Shown piece after piece: positions 38,215 to 47,356 of a DNA stretch of 48,026 bases. Below the pieces are notes generated by a model. It had not been told where the DNA came from, searched no databases, and saw only the letters and a program-made list of their open reading frames with translations. The stretch lies in the sequence record DRR723986_7057; one strand, given 5' to 3'. Every line of letters starts with the position of its first letter. Position 1 is the stretch's first letter. The position numbers were made by a program, and so were the translations under genes.

Positions 38215-40458
38215 ATGTTGATTAAGCGGAAAATATCAGACTACTTAGTTTTTGAGAATGAAAGCATTCTCAAGGCATTAGAGAAAATTAATCGGAACAA
38301 AAACAGAATTGTCTTTATTGTTAGCGAAAGCGGGACACTTGAGGGTGCCCTGTCAGACGGCGATTTTCGTCGCTGGCTTACCTCCTCTAACGCTTATGAC
38401 CTGAATGAGCCTGTTTCAGTTGCCATGAATCGCAGAGTTGTTTCAATGCCTATCGACTCGGCAAGAGACAAAATAGAGTCACTGTTTGATAAATCTGTTG
38501 ATCTAATACCTTTGGTCGACGCGAGCAGTCGGTTGGTTGCTGTTGCAGTAGAAAAAGAAAAAGGGATATCCATTGGAAGGCATACAATTTCCGAAAACTC
38601 TCCAGCATATCTGATAGCTGAAATTGGTAATAACCACAATGGTGATATTGCGCTAGCAAAAAAAATGGTCGATCTAGCTGTAGGCGCTGGAGCTGACTGC
38701 GTTAAGTTTCAAATGAGGGATATGGCGTCACTATATAAAAGTGGCTCCGATAAAGATGATTCGGCCGATCTCGGTGCTCAATATACAATGGACTTGCTCA
38801 GCAAGTTCCAATTAAAGAATGATGAGCTTATTGAGGTCTTTGATTATTGCAAAGATAAAGGGTTAACACCCCTTTGCACCCCCTGGGATATTAAAAGTCT
38901 AGAGGTCTTGGAAAACTATGGGATGGAAGCCTACAAGGTTGCTTCCGCAGACTTCACTAATACCCAATTACTGGAGGCATTGGCGTCTACTGGAAAGCCG
39001 CTTATTTGCTCTACGGGAATGTGCTCAGAAGCTGAGATAATCAAGTCTGCCGACTTCCTGAAAAGCAAGGGAGCGGAGTTTATCATCCTTCATTGCAACT
39101 CAACGTACCCCACCCCATTTAAGGACGTTAATTTATCTTATATAAAACGGCTGGCAAATGTGACGGGGTCATTAGTAGGATATTCGGGCCATGAAAGAGG
39201 GATATCGGTCCCGGTAGCTGCAGTGGCTCTTGGGGCGAAGGTAATCGAAAAGCATTTCACTGTCGACAAAGATATGGAAGGGAATGATCACAAAGTATCT
39301 CTACTTCCCGGCGAATTTAGCGACATGGTGAAGCAAATTAAGCAAGTTGAAGAGGCATTAGGTAGTGGTGCCGAGAGAATCATCACTCAAGGAGAGATGA
39401 TTAATAGAGAAACATTGGCCAAGAGCTTAGTTATAAATTGTGATCTAGAGGAAGGTTCGGTCATTACACGTGAAATGATTGAAATAAAAAGCCCGGGTCA
39501 GGGATTGCAGCCAATATATTTAGATGAGCTGATTGGGCGTCGGGCAAATCGGCGGCATGAAAAAGGCGGTTTTTTCTTTGAGTCGGATTTGAAAGATCAG
39601 CAAGTAAAAGCGCGAAACTATAATTTTAATCGCCCGTTTGGAATTCCAGTTCGTTACCACGATTATGAAAAGCTGTCATCAAAATCAAATTTGGACTTCG
39701 TCGAATTTCACTTAAGCTATCAAGATATGGAGTTAAACCTGAGTGACTTCTTTGACGGCCCTCAGGACATTGGATTCGCGGTGCACAGCCCAGAGCTATT
39801 CTCTGGTGACCACATTATTGATCTTGCTTCTCAAGATGATGAGCATTGGAGCCGGTCGATAAATGAACTTCAGCGAGTGTGCGATATAACGAGAGAGCTT
39901 AAACATTACTTTCCAAAAACCGCGCGCCCTGTAATTGTGCTCAATGCGGGTGGGTTCAAGTCAACGGGGTTTGTGGCGAAAAAAGATCGTCCAGCAATGT
40001 ATGAAAAAATTGCGGAGGCCATTGGACGGGTTGATCAAGAAGGTGTTGAGATCATTATTCAAACTATGCCTCCTTTCCCCTGGCACTTTGGGGGGCAGAG
40101 CTACCACAATCTATTTGTGGATCCCCAGGAAATTAAGCACTTCTGTAAAGAGCACGACGTGCGCATATGTTATGACGTATCCCATTCCATGATGGCATGT
40201 AGTTATTATAATTGGGATCTCTCTGACTTCACTCAAACAGTTGCCCCATTTATTGCACATATGCATGTTGTAGATGCATTGGGCGTTGATGGAGAAGGTG
40301 TTGAAATCGGAAAGGGAGATGTCGACTTTCAGCAGTTAGCAGAAGACTTGAGGATTTTATCTCCGTCCTCACAATTTATTCCGGAGGTTTGGCAGGGCCA
40401 TAAGAATAACGGAGAAGGCTTCTGGGAGGCGCTTAGTTTTCTAGAGGGGTTGCTGTGA
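38215..40458 (+). CDS. Nonulosonate synthase (NeuB family) fused to an N-terminal CBS pair and C-terminal SAF and xylose-isomerase/AP-endonuclease-2-like TIM barrel
   Basis: CBS 'GALSDGDFRRWL'; NeuB 'IAEIGNNHNGD', 'VKFQ', 'KVASAD', 'STGM', 'HCNSTYP', 'GYSGHERG', 'IEKHFT'; SAF 'KSPGQGL'; C-terminal 'DVSH', 'HMHVVDA', 'PEVWQGH'. Confidence 0.9.
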   Translation: MLIKRKISDYLVFENESILKALEKINRNKNRIVFIVSESGTLEGALSDGDFRRWLTSSNAYDLNEPVSVAMNRRVVSMPIDSARDKIESLFDKSVDLIPLVDASSRLVAVAVEKEKGISIGRHTISENSPAYLIAEIGNNHNGDIALAKKMVDLAVGAGADCVKFQMRDMASLYKSGSDKDDSADLGAQYTMDLLSKFQLKNDELIEVFDYCKDKGLTPLCTPWDIKSLEVLENYGMEAYKVASADFTNTQLLEALASTGKPLICSTGMCSEAEIIKSADFLKSKGAEFIILHCNSTYPTPFKDVNLSYIKRLANVTGSLVGYSGHERGISVPVAAVALGAKVIEKHFTVDKDMEGNDHKVSLLPGEFSDMVKQIKQVEEALGSGAERIITQGEMINRETLAKSLVINCDLEEGSVITREMIEIKSPGQGLQPIYLDELIGRRANRRHEKGGFFFESDLKDQQVKARNYNFNRPFGIPVRYHDYEKLSSKSNLDFVEFHLSYQDMELNLSDFFDGPQDIGFAVHSPELFSGDHIIDLASQDDEHWSRSINELQRVCDITRELKHYFPKTARPVIVLNAGGFKSTGFVAKKDRPAMYEKIAEAIGRVDQEGVEIIIQTMPPFPWHFGGQSYHNLFVDPQEIKHFCKEHDVRICYDVSHSMMACSYYNWDLSDFTQTVAPFIAHMHVVDALGVDGEGVEIGKGDVDFQQLAEDLRILSPSSQFIPEVWQGHKNNGEGFWEALSFLEGLL

Positions 40459-41390
40459 AGGTCGGTATTTTCAATAACGACTATAGTCGCCAAATACTGA
40501 CAGACCTCGATGACAGTCAGTCTTATAAATGGCTAATTAATATCGGTAAGACAGACCACCGTTATTCTGTTTACTGTGGGTCTCGATCGCCTCTTGAGCA
40601 GCTCTTTGTGGCGGTTAGGCTATTAAAGGATATACGCTCCAGTCAAATTAGCGAAGTCATTTTGCCCAATTCGCACTGCATTATTACAGGGGTGCTTTTA
40701 GGTGGGCTTAGGGGCGAAGTAAGATTTAGCCAAGTAGCTGAGGGTACTTTAAATTACCATAAACGGAGTGTTGGTCCGAAAGAGTGGGTGCGATTTATAT
40801 TAAAAAGAGTGATTTGTGCGGTATCGCTTCTGAAGTTCAAGCCAAATTGCAGTGATCCTATCAATTTGAAAGAAAATGGTGACTACAAGATCTATTGTCG
40901 AATGAAGGAGGGGTTGGTCACCAATGCAAAGTCGAGGCATGTGGTTAAATACAGGAAGCCTTATGTCGTAACTCCGAATTCAAATGCTGTTGTTATAGCT
41001 GGACAGCATATATCTGATTCGGTTTGCGATAAATACCTGAAAGAAATGTTGCCATCTGAGCTAAGGGATTATTTAAGAGGAAAGAAAATATATTATCAGC
41101 CGCACCCTCGCAGTGCGGATTATGGGGCGAGAGAAATAGAGATGGTATATGAGGGGCTTGATCTAGAGTTGCTGTCGTCAGGCTATAGCTCCTTAGAGGA
41201 TGCGGTATGCGGGATCGGGGCATCAGATGTCGTGACTGTAGGTGGGACTAGCGCGTATTTGGATTTCGTCGGCCGAGGGTTGAGTCTAAAAATGCACGCC
41301 TTCGGTTTCTCATTGCTAGTTCTATCTGGCTTTTCGCAATACAAAGACTTAAGGGGGCTCCATGAAAATTTAGGGGTCAAAATATATTGA
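40455..41390 (+). CDS. Putative CMP-nonulosonate (sialyltransferase-like) glycosyltransferase
   Basis: Soluble 311-aa ORF translationally coupled to the NeuB fusion; 'VAEGTLNY' resembles the (D/E)(D/E)G motif, 'YYQPHPR' the HP motif, 'GTSA' the S/T-S motif. Confidence 0.6.
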   Translation: MKVGIFNNDYSRQILTDLDDSQSYKWLINIGKTDHRYSVYCGSRSPLEQLFVAVRLLKDIRSSQISEVILPNSHCIITGVLLGGLRGEVRFSQVAEGTLNYHKRSVGPKEWVRFILKRVICAVSLLKFKPNCSDPINLKENGDYKIYCRMKEGLVTNAKSRHVVKYRKPYVVTPNSNAVVIAGQHISDSVCDKYLKEMLPSELRDYLRGKKIYYQPHPRSADYGAREIEMVYEGLDLELLSSGYSSLEDAVCGIGASDVVTVGGTSAYLDFVGRGLSLKMHAFGFSLLVLSGFSQYKDLRGLHENLGVKIY

Positions 41391-42670
41391 AAGCTAACAC
41401 AAATGAAAAGCAAAAGTGGGGCAATGGCAGTTTACGTGCGTTACTTATAATAATATTTTTATTTGGAGTATATACGAATTTAACCATCGAGGTTTTTGGG
41501 CGTCCATACTATGGGTATATATCTGCGGTTGCCGCAGTCTTTTTGCTCATGATTTCAAAGGGGGGGATTGTACGTTCAAAGATGGTTGTGCAGAGCTTTT
41601 TGGTGCTGTTTTTCACTCTTGTTTTTTCTTCATTTTTTAGTACTGGCGGGCCAACCGTTAATAAAGTTGTATCATCTGGATTGCTTGTTTCATCAATATT
41701 ATTTTCTTCGGTGCTGTTCTCTGAGCTGCGCCGCTTATCATCTAGTCATTTATATAATCTTTTTTTTATCCTTGTTGCATTGGTTGCCGTATTGTTGGTG
41801 ATGGAGGTCTATCTAGGGATGAGAGGGGTCTTTGATAAAGTTAGGGAGGCGCTTTACTCTTCCGAAGGCTTGTTTTTGTATGAGTCGACGGAGCGCGATG
41901 TGGCTTTACATGGGGCGATAAGAGCAAACGGTCTGACACAAGAGCCCTCTCATCCGGCTAAATTTCTGTCGGTTTTACTAGCTTGTATGTATTTTCTTGC
42001 CCGCCGAAATTCACAACGGATTATAGTCTTTGGGATCTTTTTGGTGATTTCCTACCTTGTTAAGTCGCCATCTGTGATTGTGTTCCCTGCATTAATTTTA
42101 TGTAAGAGATTATTCTTTGAAAACCCAGCTGGGTTAAAGAGCTTTGCTGTCTTGGTCGTGTTGTTAGCCGTTGTATTTAGTGCGCCAAGCTGGGTATCAA
42201 TGTTGCCGTTTGAGAGGGCGAAGGCGATATCAAATGGGCAGGATGCGAGCTCTATAATGAGGACAGTCGGTCCCGCTATGGTTACAGCAGAAGTTTTGTC
42301 AAAAAATCCATTTTTCGGATTTGGTGTCGGGGGTGACGACTCTGGGGGTGGCGCATTACTAGAGGTGTATTCTAAGTTTTCATCTGTCAATGTTGATGGG
42401 TTGTATGATGACAGCTCTCACGGATGGGGAAATGCATTTTTTTTAATGGTGTCAAGTGTGGGGCTGCTCGGGTTGGCGGCATTACTTCTTACGTTGATGC
42501 ATCATCTAAAGGTTTTAGGAGGGGCGGCAGGTAGCTTTGCTATATCTTCATTTGTAATTCTACTTTCTGTTGATGGTGCCTTCGCCATACTTCGTCCTTG
42601 GGCGTATTCGTTTATGGTGGTAGCTGTTCTCTCAATACACGAGCGAGAGCTAAAAGAGGTGTCTGATTGA
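41387..42670 (+). CDS. wzy: Putative Wzy polysaccharide polymerase
   Basis: About 10-11 hydrophobic segments, 'RANGLTQEPSH' and 'KNPFFGFGVG' loops typical of Wzy/O-antigen ligase-like proteins; locus context. Confidence 0.72.
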   Translation: MKANTNEKQKWGNGSLRALLIIIFLFGVYTNLTIEVFGRPYYGYISAVAAVFLLMISKGGIVRSKMVVQSFLVLFFTLVFSSFFSTGGPTVNKVVSSGLLVSSILFSSVLFSELRRLSSSHLYNLFFILVALVAVLLVMEVYLGMRGVFDKVREALYSSEGLFLYESTERDVALHGAIRANGLTQEPSHPAKFLSVLLACMYFLARRNSQRIIVFGIFLVISYLVKSPSVIVFPALILCKRLFFENPAGLKSFAVLVVLLAVVFSAPSWVSMLPFERAKAISNGQDASSIMRTVGPAMVTAEVLSKNPFFGFGVGGDDSGGGALLEVYSKFSSVNVDGLYDDSSHGWGNAFFLMVSSVGLLGLAALLLTLMHHLKVLGGAAGSFAISSFVILLSVDGAFAILRPWAYSFMVVAVLSIHERELKEVSD

Positions 42671-43854
42671 GCTCTTTCGATGTTCGTAAAATATTAAAGT
42701 CTTCCGCGATATATGCGGGGGGCGTTGCTTTAGTTTCGTTGGGGAGGCAGTTTCTTCTCCTTCCCATTGTGGCGCGAAGTTATCCTGCTGAATTCGGTGA
42801 ATTCGCTCTGTTTTTTGTTTTATTTGACTTGGTTGTAAATGGGGCTGCCGGCTATCTTGGCGACTACTATTATAAACTTGGATGTACAATAGAGTATTTT
42901 ATAAGACGATTTTTTTGGACAATAATACCTGCATCATTTTTTTTCTCTGTCGTGTTTTGCATGTTCTTAGATCTCGGGTATGGCTACTTATTACCACTTT
43001 CGTTGATTGTTTTTTTGAGTTCAGTTAACGCGCTGCTTTTTAAGTATCTATATATAAAGAGAGGTTTTTTTTATAGCTTGGTGCATAATGGTGCGAAATT
43101 TATCTCTGTAATATTTTTTTCGGTGTCGGCTTATTTTTTAGAAGATTTTGATATTTTCTCTTTCTATGTATCGTTTTCGCTTGCTGCAGAGTCGGCTGTA
43201 ATGATTTTTTTGGTATTTTTTTTGAGGCGAGAGCTACGCGGGGTTAGTTTTAGATTAGATTTAGAGGTTGCTCCATTTTTCTTTTTATTGTCGATCGTTA
43301 TATCGGTTTTCGTGCAACGAATTGAAGTTTATTTTGCCGAATATTTTTTCCCGGTTGACTTTCCCGGTTTCTTTGCATACTCATCTGTTATTTATTTTTT
43401 TGTCATCCCTTTTTCAATGCTGTTTTCGGTAACCATGTCGTCTGCTCTAGCGAGTGTGTCGGAGGATGGGGAGTTGTTGAGGCATTCGTTTTCGGTGGTG
43501 AAGGTAGGGTTGCTAATATCGCTGTTGGTGTCACTGGTAGCAGGCTATGCTCAAAACCACTTGATGTCGATTTTTTATGAAAGCGTTAGGTTTCCGCCAG
43601 CGTCAATAAAGTGGTATGCCTTCATATACTGTTTATTTTCCTGTTCTTATGTCTATGTAAGAGTAATTTTGCATAGGGTTGTCGGTGAGTTTGCTATATT
43701 GCTGGCATATTTTACCACTATTTTTTTTGGTTTGTTGGCGTATTTATGTGTCGATAATGTTATGGGCGCGGCGCTTGCGTCGATGGCGGTGAAGCTGGTT
43801 GTTATTTTTTTGTTTTTAGGTTGGTGCGTTAATCATAAGCGGAAGGTTTCATGA
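42667..43854 (+). CDS. wzx: Putative Wzx flippase
   Basis: Highly hydrophobic; N-terminal 'ILKSSAIY...[20 protein letters not shown]' typical of MOP/Wzx; locus context. Confidence 0.72.
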   Translation: MSSFDVRKILKSSAIYAGGVALVSLGRQFLLLPIVARSYPAEFGEFALFFVLFDLVVNGAAGYLGDYYYKLGCTIEYFIRRFFWTIIPASFFFSVVFCMFLDLGYGYLLPLSLIVFLSSVNALLFKYLYIKRGFFYSLVHNGAKFISVIFFSVSAYFLEDFDIFSFYVSFSLAAESAVMIFLVFFLRRELRGVSFRLDLEVAPFFFLLSIVISVFVQRIEVYFAEYFFPVDFPGFFAYSSVIYFFVIPFSMLFSVTMSSALASVSEDGELLRHSFSVVKVGLLISLLVSLVAGYAQNHLMSIFYESVRFPPASIKWYAFIYCLFSCSYVYVRVILHRVVGEFAILLAYFTTIFFGLLAYLCVDNVMGAALASMAVKLVVIFLFLGWCVNHKRKVS

Positions 43855-44933
43855 ATATAATGGTCACGGGTGGTGCTGGGTTTATAGGTAGTGCTGTTGT
43901 TCGACAGTTGCTCGCACACACTAATCACAGGGTTTTGAATATAGATGCCCTAACTTACGCAGGGAATGTAGAGAGTATTCCCGATTATATTGCTGCTAAT
44001 AATAATTATTTTTTTGAAAAAAAAGATATTTGCGATGCAAATGAATTGAGCCGCATATTTTCGATTTATCAACCAGATGTCGTTATGCACCTGGCCGCTG
44101 AAAGTCATGTAGATCGTTCTATAGAAGGTCCTAGTGCGTTCATTCAAACAAATATAGTTGGGACCTATACGCTCCTGCAGGCTGCATTGGGTTATTGGCA
44201 GGGATTGTCAGAAGATCGGAAGTCACGATTTCGCTTCCATCATATTTCTACGGATGAAGTATATGGTGACTTAGAGGGAACAGATGATCTTTTCACGGAG
44301 GAGACCCCTTATGCGCCGAGTTCTCCCTATTCTGCGTCGAAAGCGAGTTCTGATCATTTAGTCCGCGCATGGCACCGTACCTATGGCTTACCAGTTGTTG
44401 TCACTAATTGCTCTAACAACTATGGGCCATACCATTTTCCAGAAAAACTTATCCCACATATGATTTTGAACGCCCTGGCGGGTAAATCGCTGCCTGTGTA
44501 TGGTGATGGTAAGCAAATTCGCGATTGGCTGTATGTGGAAGATCATGCTCGCGCATTGGTTAAAGTGGTGACCGAGGGTGAGGTTGGAGCAACCTACAAT
44601 ATTGGCGGCCACAATGAAAAGCAGAATATCGATGTTGTAAATACGATATGTGAACTGCTGGAAGAATTGGCTCCTGAAAATCCTAATTCATTAGCCAGTG
44701 GTTGCGAAGGTGGTTTCAAGCGGTTAATTACCTACGTTAAAGATCGCCCTGGTCATGATGCTCGCTATGCCATCGATGCTGGAAAAATTCAGCGTGATCT
44801 CGGATGGGTGCCAGAGGAAACGTTTGAGAGTGGAATGAGAAAAACAGTTGTCTGGTACTTAGAAAATCGGGAGTGGTGGGAGCGCGTACTCTCAGGAGAT
44901 TATCAGCTGGCTCGAATAGGTGAGAGCGTATAG
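43851..44933 (+). CDS. rmlB: dTDP-glucose 4,6-dehydratase
   Basis: '[10 protein letters not shown]', '[12 protein letters not shown]', 'ISTDEVYG', 'YSASKA', '[14 protein letters not shown]', 'DRPGHD'. Confidence 0.98.
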   Translation: MNIMVTGGAGFIGSAVVRQLLAHTNHRVLNIDALTYAGNVESIPDYIAANNNYFFEKKDICDANELSRIFSIYQPDVVMHLAAESHVDRSIEGPSAFIQTNIVGTYTLLQAALGYWQGLSEDRKSRFRFHHISTDEVYGDLEGTDDLFTEETPYAPSSPYSASKASSDHLVRAWHRTYGLPVVVTNCSNNYGPYHFPEKLIPHMILNALAGKSLPVYGDGKQIRDWLYVEDHARALVKVVTEGEVGATYNIGGHNEKQNIDVVNTICELLEELAPENPNSLASGCEGGFKRLITYVKDRPGHDARYAIDAGKIQRDLGWVPEETFESGMRKTVVWYLENREWWERVLSGDYQLARIGESV

Positions 44934-45010
44934 ATAACGATAGAGACTTATACAGCTTTTACGGCGCCAGACGCCGCTTCTAAAAACGCGAACGTTAATC
45001 AAGGATAGTT

Positions 45011-45892
45011 ATGAAGCCTTACAAAGGTATTATTTTGGCGGGAGGGTCAGGTACGCGACTTCATCCTATTACTATGGGTATATCGAAACAGCTTCTCCCT
45101 ATTTATGATAAGCCCATGATCTATTACCCTCTCTCGGTGCTTATGCTGTCGGGAATTCGCGAGATATTAGTTATATCTACCCCTACAGATTTGCCTGGCT
45201 TCCAGCGACTACTAGGTGATGGAAGCCGCTTCGGTATATCGATTTCGTATGCCGAGCAGCCGAGCCCGGATGGATTAGCACAAGCGTTTACTATTGGTGC
45301 TGATTTTATAGGCAACGACAACGTTAGTTTGGTGCTTGGCGACAATATTTTCTATGGTCAGCATTTTAGCGACAAATTGAAGCAGGCCTCTGGCTTGGAG
45401 TCTGGAGCAACAGTATTCGGTTACCACGTTACAGACCCAGAGCGTTTTGGGGTTGTTGAATTTGATGGGCAAGGCAAGGCCATCAGTATTGAAGAGAAGC
45501 CCGTTCAGCCGAAGTCTTCATATGCTGTAACAGGGCTTTACTTTTACGACAATGACGTAGTGGACATTGCTCGCAATATCCAGCCCTCTCCCCGTGGCGA
45601 GCTGGAAATTACCGATGTTAATATGGCCTATCTTGAGGCTGGGAAGCTTAACGTTCAAGTGCTTGGGCGGGGTTTCGCGTGGTTAGATACAGGAACCCAC
45701 GATTCATTGATCGAAGCTGGTCAGTTTGTTCAAACGGTAGAACATCGGCAGGGTTTAAAGGTTGCCTGTTTGGAAGAAATCGCCTATCGCCAGGGATGGG
45801 TAAGTCAAGAGCAGCTTGCGGAGCAAGCAGTAGCCTTAAAAAAGACAGGCTATGGCCAGTACTTGCTAAAAGTGGCTGACGGTTATCAATAA
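45011..45892 (+). CDS. rmlA: Glucose-1-phosphate thymidylyltransferase
   Basis: '[14 protein letters not shown]', '[17 protein letters not shown]', 'LGDNIFYG', 'RGELEITD', 'WLDTGT'. Confidence 0.98.
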   Translation: MKPYKGIILAGGSGTRLHPITMGISKQLLPIYDKPMIYYPLSVLMLSGIREILVISTPTDLPGFQRLLGDGSRFGISISYAEQPSPDGLAQAFTIGADFIGNDNVSLVLGDNIFYGQHFSDKLKQASGLESGATVFGYHVTDPERFGVVEFDGQGKAISIEEKPVQPKSSYAVTGLYFYDNDVVDIARNIQPSPRGELEITDVNMAYLEAGKLNVQVLGRGFAWLDTGTHDSLIEAGQFVQTVEHRQGLKVACLEEIAYRQGWVSQEQLAEQAVALKKTGYGQYLLKVADGYQ

Positions 45893-45920
45893 ATTCCACG
45901 CATGTTGATAGGACAATTTT

Positions 45921-46475
45921 ATGAACGTTATTCCAACAAAACTTAAGGATTGCGTGATTATTGAGCCGAAGGTTTTTGGCGACGAACGCGGCTTTTTCCT
46001 TGAGACATTCCAGGCAGAGCGATACCGCGAACAGGCGGGTATAGATCTAACTTTTGTGCAGGATAATCACTCTCGCTCCCAAAAGGGGGTGTTGCGAGGT
46101 CTGCATTTTCAGAAATCTAAACCGCAGGGGAAGTTGGTGCGCGTTGTTCGCGGTGAGGTTTATGACGTAGCCGTTGATATTCGTGAGAGCTCTCCCAGTT
46201 TCGGGCAGTGGGAGGGAGTTATCCTCTCTGAAGAAAATAAGCGCCAATTTTGGGTTCCGCCAGGCTTTGCTCATGGATTTTTAGTGCTTAGTGATACTGC
46301 TGACTTTGAGTATAAGTGCACTGATTACTATGATCCTAGCGATGAAGGCTCTTTGTCCTGGGATGACAAAGAGCTGGCTATTCAATGGCCCACTATTGAG
46401 GGCGTGGAAATCCAACTTTCGGCTAAAGATAGTGCCGCGCCAAGTTTTTCAGCACTAAAGAAGGGGCTTGGCTGA
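45921..46475 (+). CDS. rmlC: dTDP-4-dehydrorhamnose 3,5-epimerase
   Basis: 'FGDERGFFLE', 'QDNHSRS', 'LRGLHFQ', 'DVAVDIR', 'GFAHGF', 'YKCTDYY'. Confidence 0.98.
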   Translation: MNVIPTKLKDCVIIEPKVFGDERGFFLETFQAERYREQAGIDLTFVQDNHSRSQKGVLRGLHFQKSKPQGKLVRVVRGEVYDVAVDIRESSPSFGQWEGVILSEENKRQFWVPPGFAHGFLVLSDTADFEYKCTDYYDPSDEGSLSWDDKELAIQWPTIEGVEIQLSAKDSAAPSFSALKKGLG

Positions 46476-47356
46476 TGAGAGTTTTATTGACGGGCGCTAA
46501 TGGTCAGGTTGGGCGCTGCGTGCAAGATGTGTTCGCCGGTTCGATGCATGATCTAAAGCCAATGGATCGAAGCGCTCTAGATATCACCGATGGTGCTGCA
46601 GTATCGAGGGCAGTCAAAGCAGTTCGGCCTGATATTATTATCAATGCTGCTGCATACACTGCGGTGGATAAGGCCGAATCCGAGCCAGAGCGTGCCCGTG
46701 CGATAAATGTTACTGGGTCAGCGAATCTGGCAGACGCAGCAAGCGAAATAGATGCTCTGCTTGTTCATATTTCTACTGACTATGTCTTCGACGGAAAGGC
46801 AAGTATACCTTACGTAGAGGATCACCCAACCAACCCTCAGTGTGTGTATGGACGAACAAAGCTTCAAGGTGAAGCAGAAATTCAAAGTCGTTGTAATAAG
46901 CACATAATTCTTCGCACATCTTGGGTGTTTAGTGAGTATGGTAATAATTTTTTGAAAACTATGCTTCGGCTAGGGCAAGAGCGTGATGAGTTGGGAATAG
47001 TCGATGACCAGAGGGGATGCCCAACGTATGCGCGAGACATAGCTAGAGCTGTTTTTTCTGCATGTGAGCAGTATTCGTATGGTCGGGAAGAGCTTGGGAT
47101 TTACCATTTTTGTGGAACCGAAGAGGTAAGTTGGTACCAATTCGCGGGCTTGGTATTTCAACATGCATTTCGGGTTGGCTCTGTAAATAGGATTCCAGTC
47201 ACTAAGCCGATCCTTACAAAAGACTACCCAACGCCAGCCTTACGGCCCGCTTACTCAGGAATGAGTATAATGCGTTTCAAGTCAAGCTATGGCGTAGTGC
47301 CAAATAGCTTGCCTAAAAATATAGAGGATTGCTTGGCAGGGTTGGGTCATGCTTGA
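46475..47356 (+). CDS. rmlD: dTDP-4-dehydrorhamnose reductase
   Basis: 'GANGQVG', 'NAAAYTAVDKAESE', 'HISTDYVFDG', 'YGRTKLQGE', 'VDDQRGCPT', 'RPAYS'. Confidence 0.97.
   Translation: MRVLLTGANGQVGRCVQDVFAGSMHDLKPMDRSALDITDGAAVSRAVKAVRPDIIINAAAYTAVDKAESEPERARAINVTGSANLADAASEIDALLVHISTDYVFDGKASIPYVEDHPTNPQCVYGRTKLQGEAEIQSRCNKHIILRTSWVFSEYGNNFLKTMLRLGQERDELGIVDDQRGCPTYARDIARAVFSACEQYSYGREELGIYHFCGTEEVSWYQFAGLVFQHAFRVGSVNRIPVTKPILTKDYPTPALRPAYSGMSIMRFKSSYGVVPNSLPKNIEDCLAGLGHA

Noticed and set aside
42900-43830. T7-T8 homopolymer runs in wzx as phase-variation tracts
   Set aside because: Expected from Phe-rich codons in an AT-rich membrane-protein gene; the frame is intact and the runs are short
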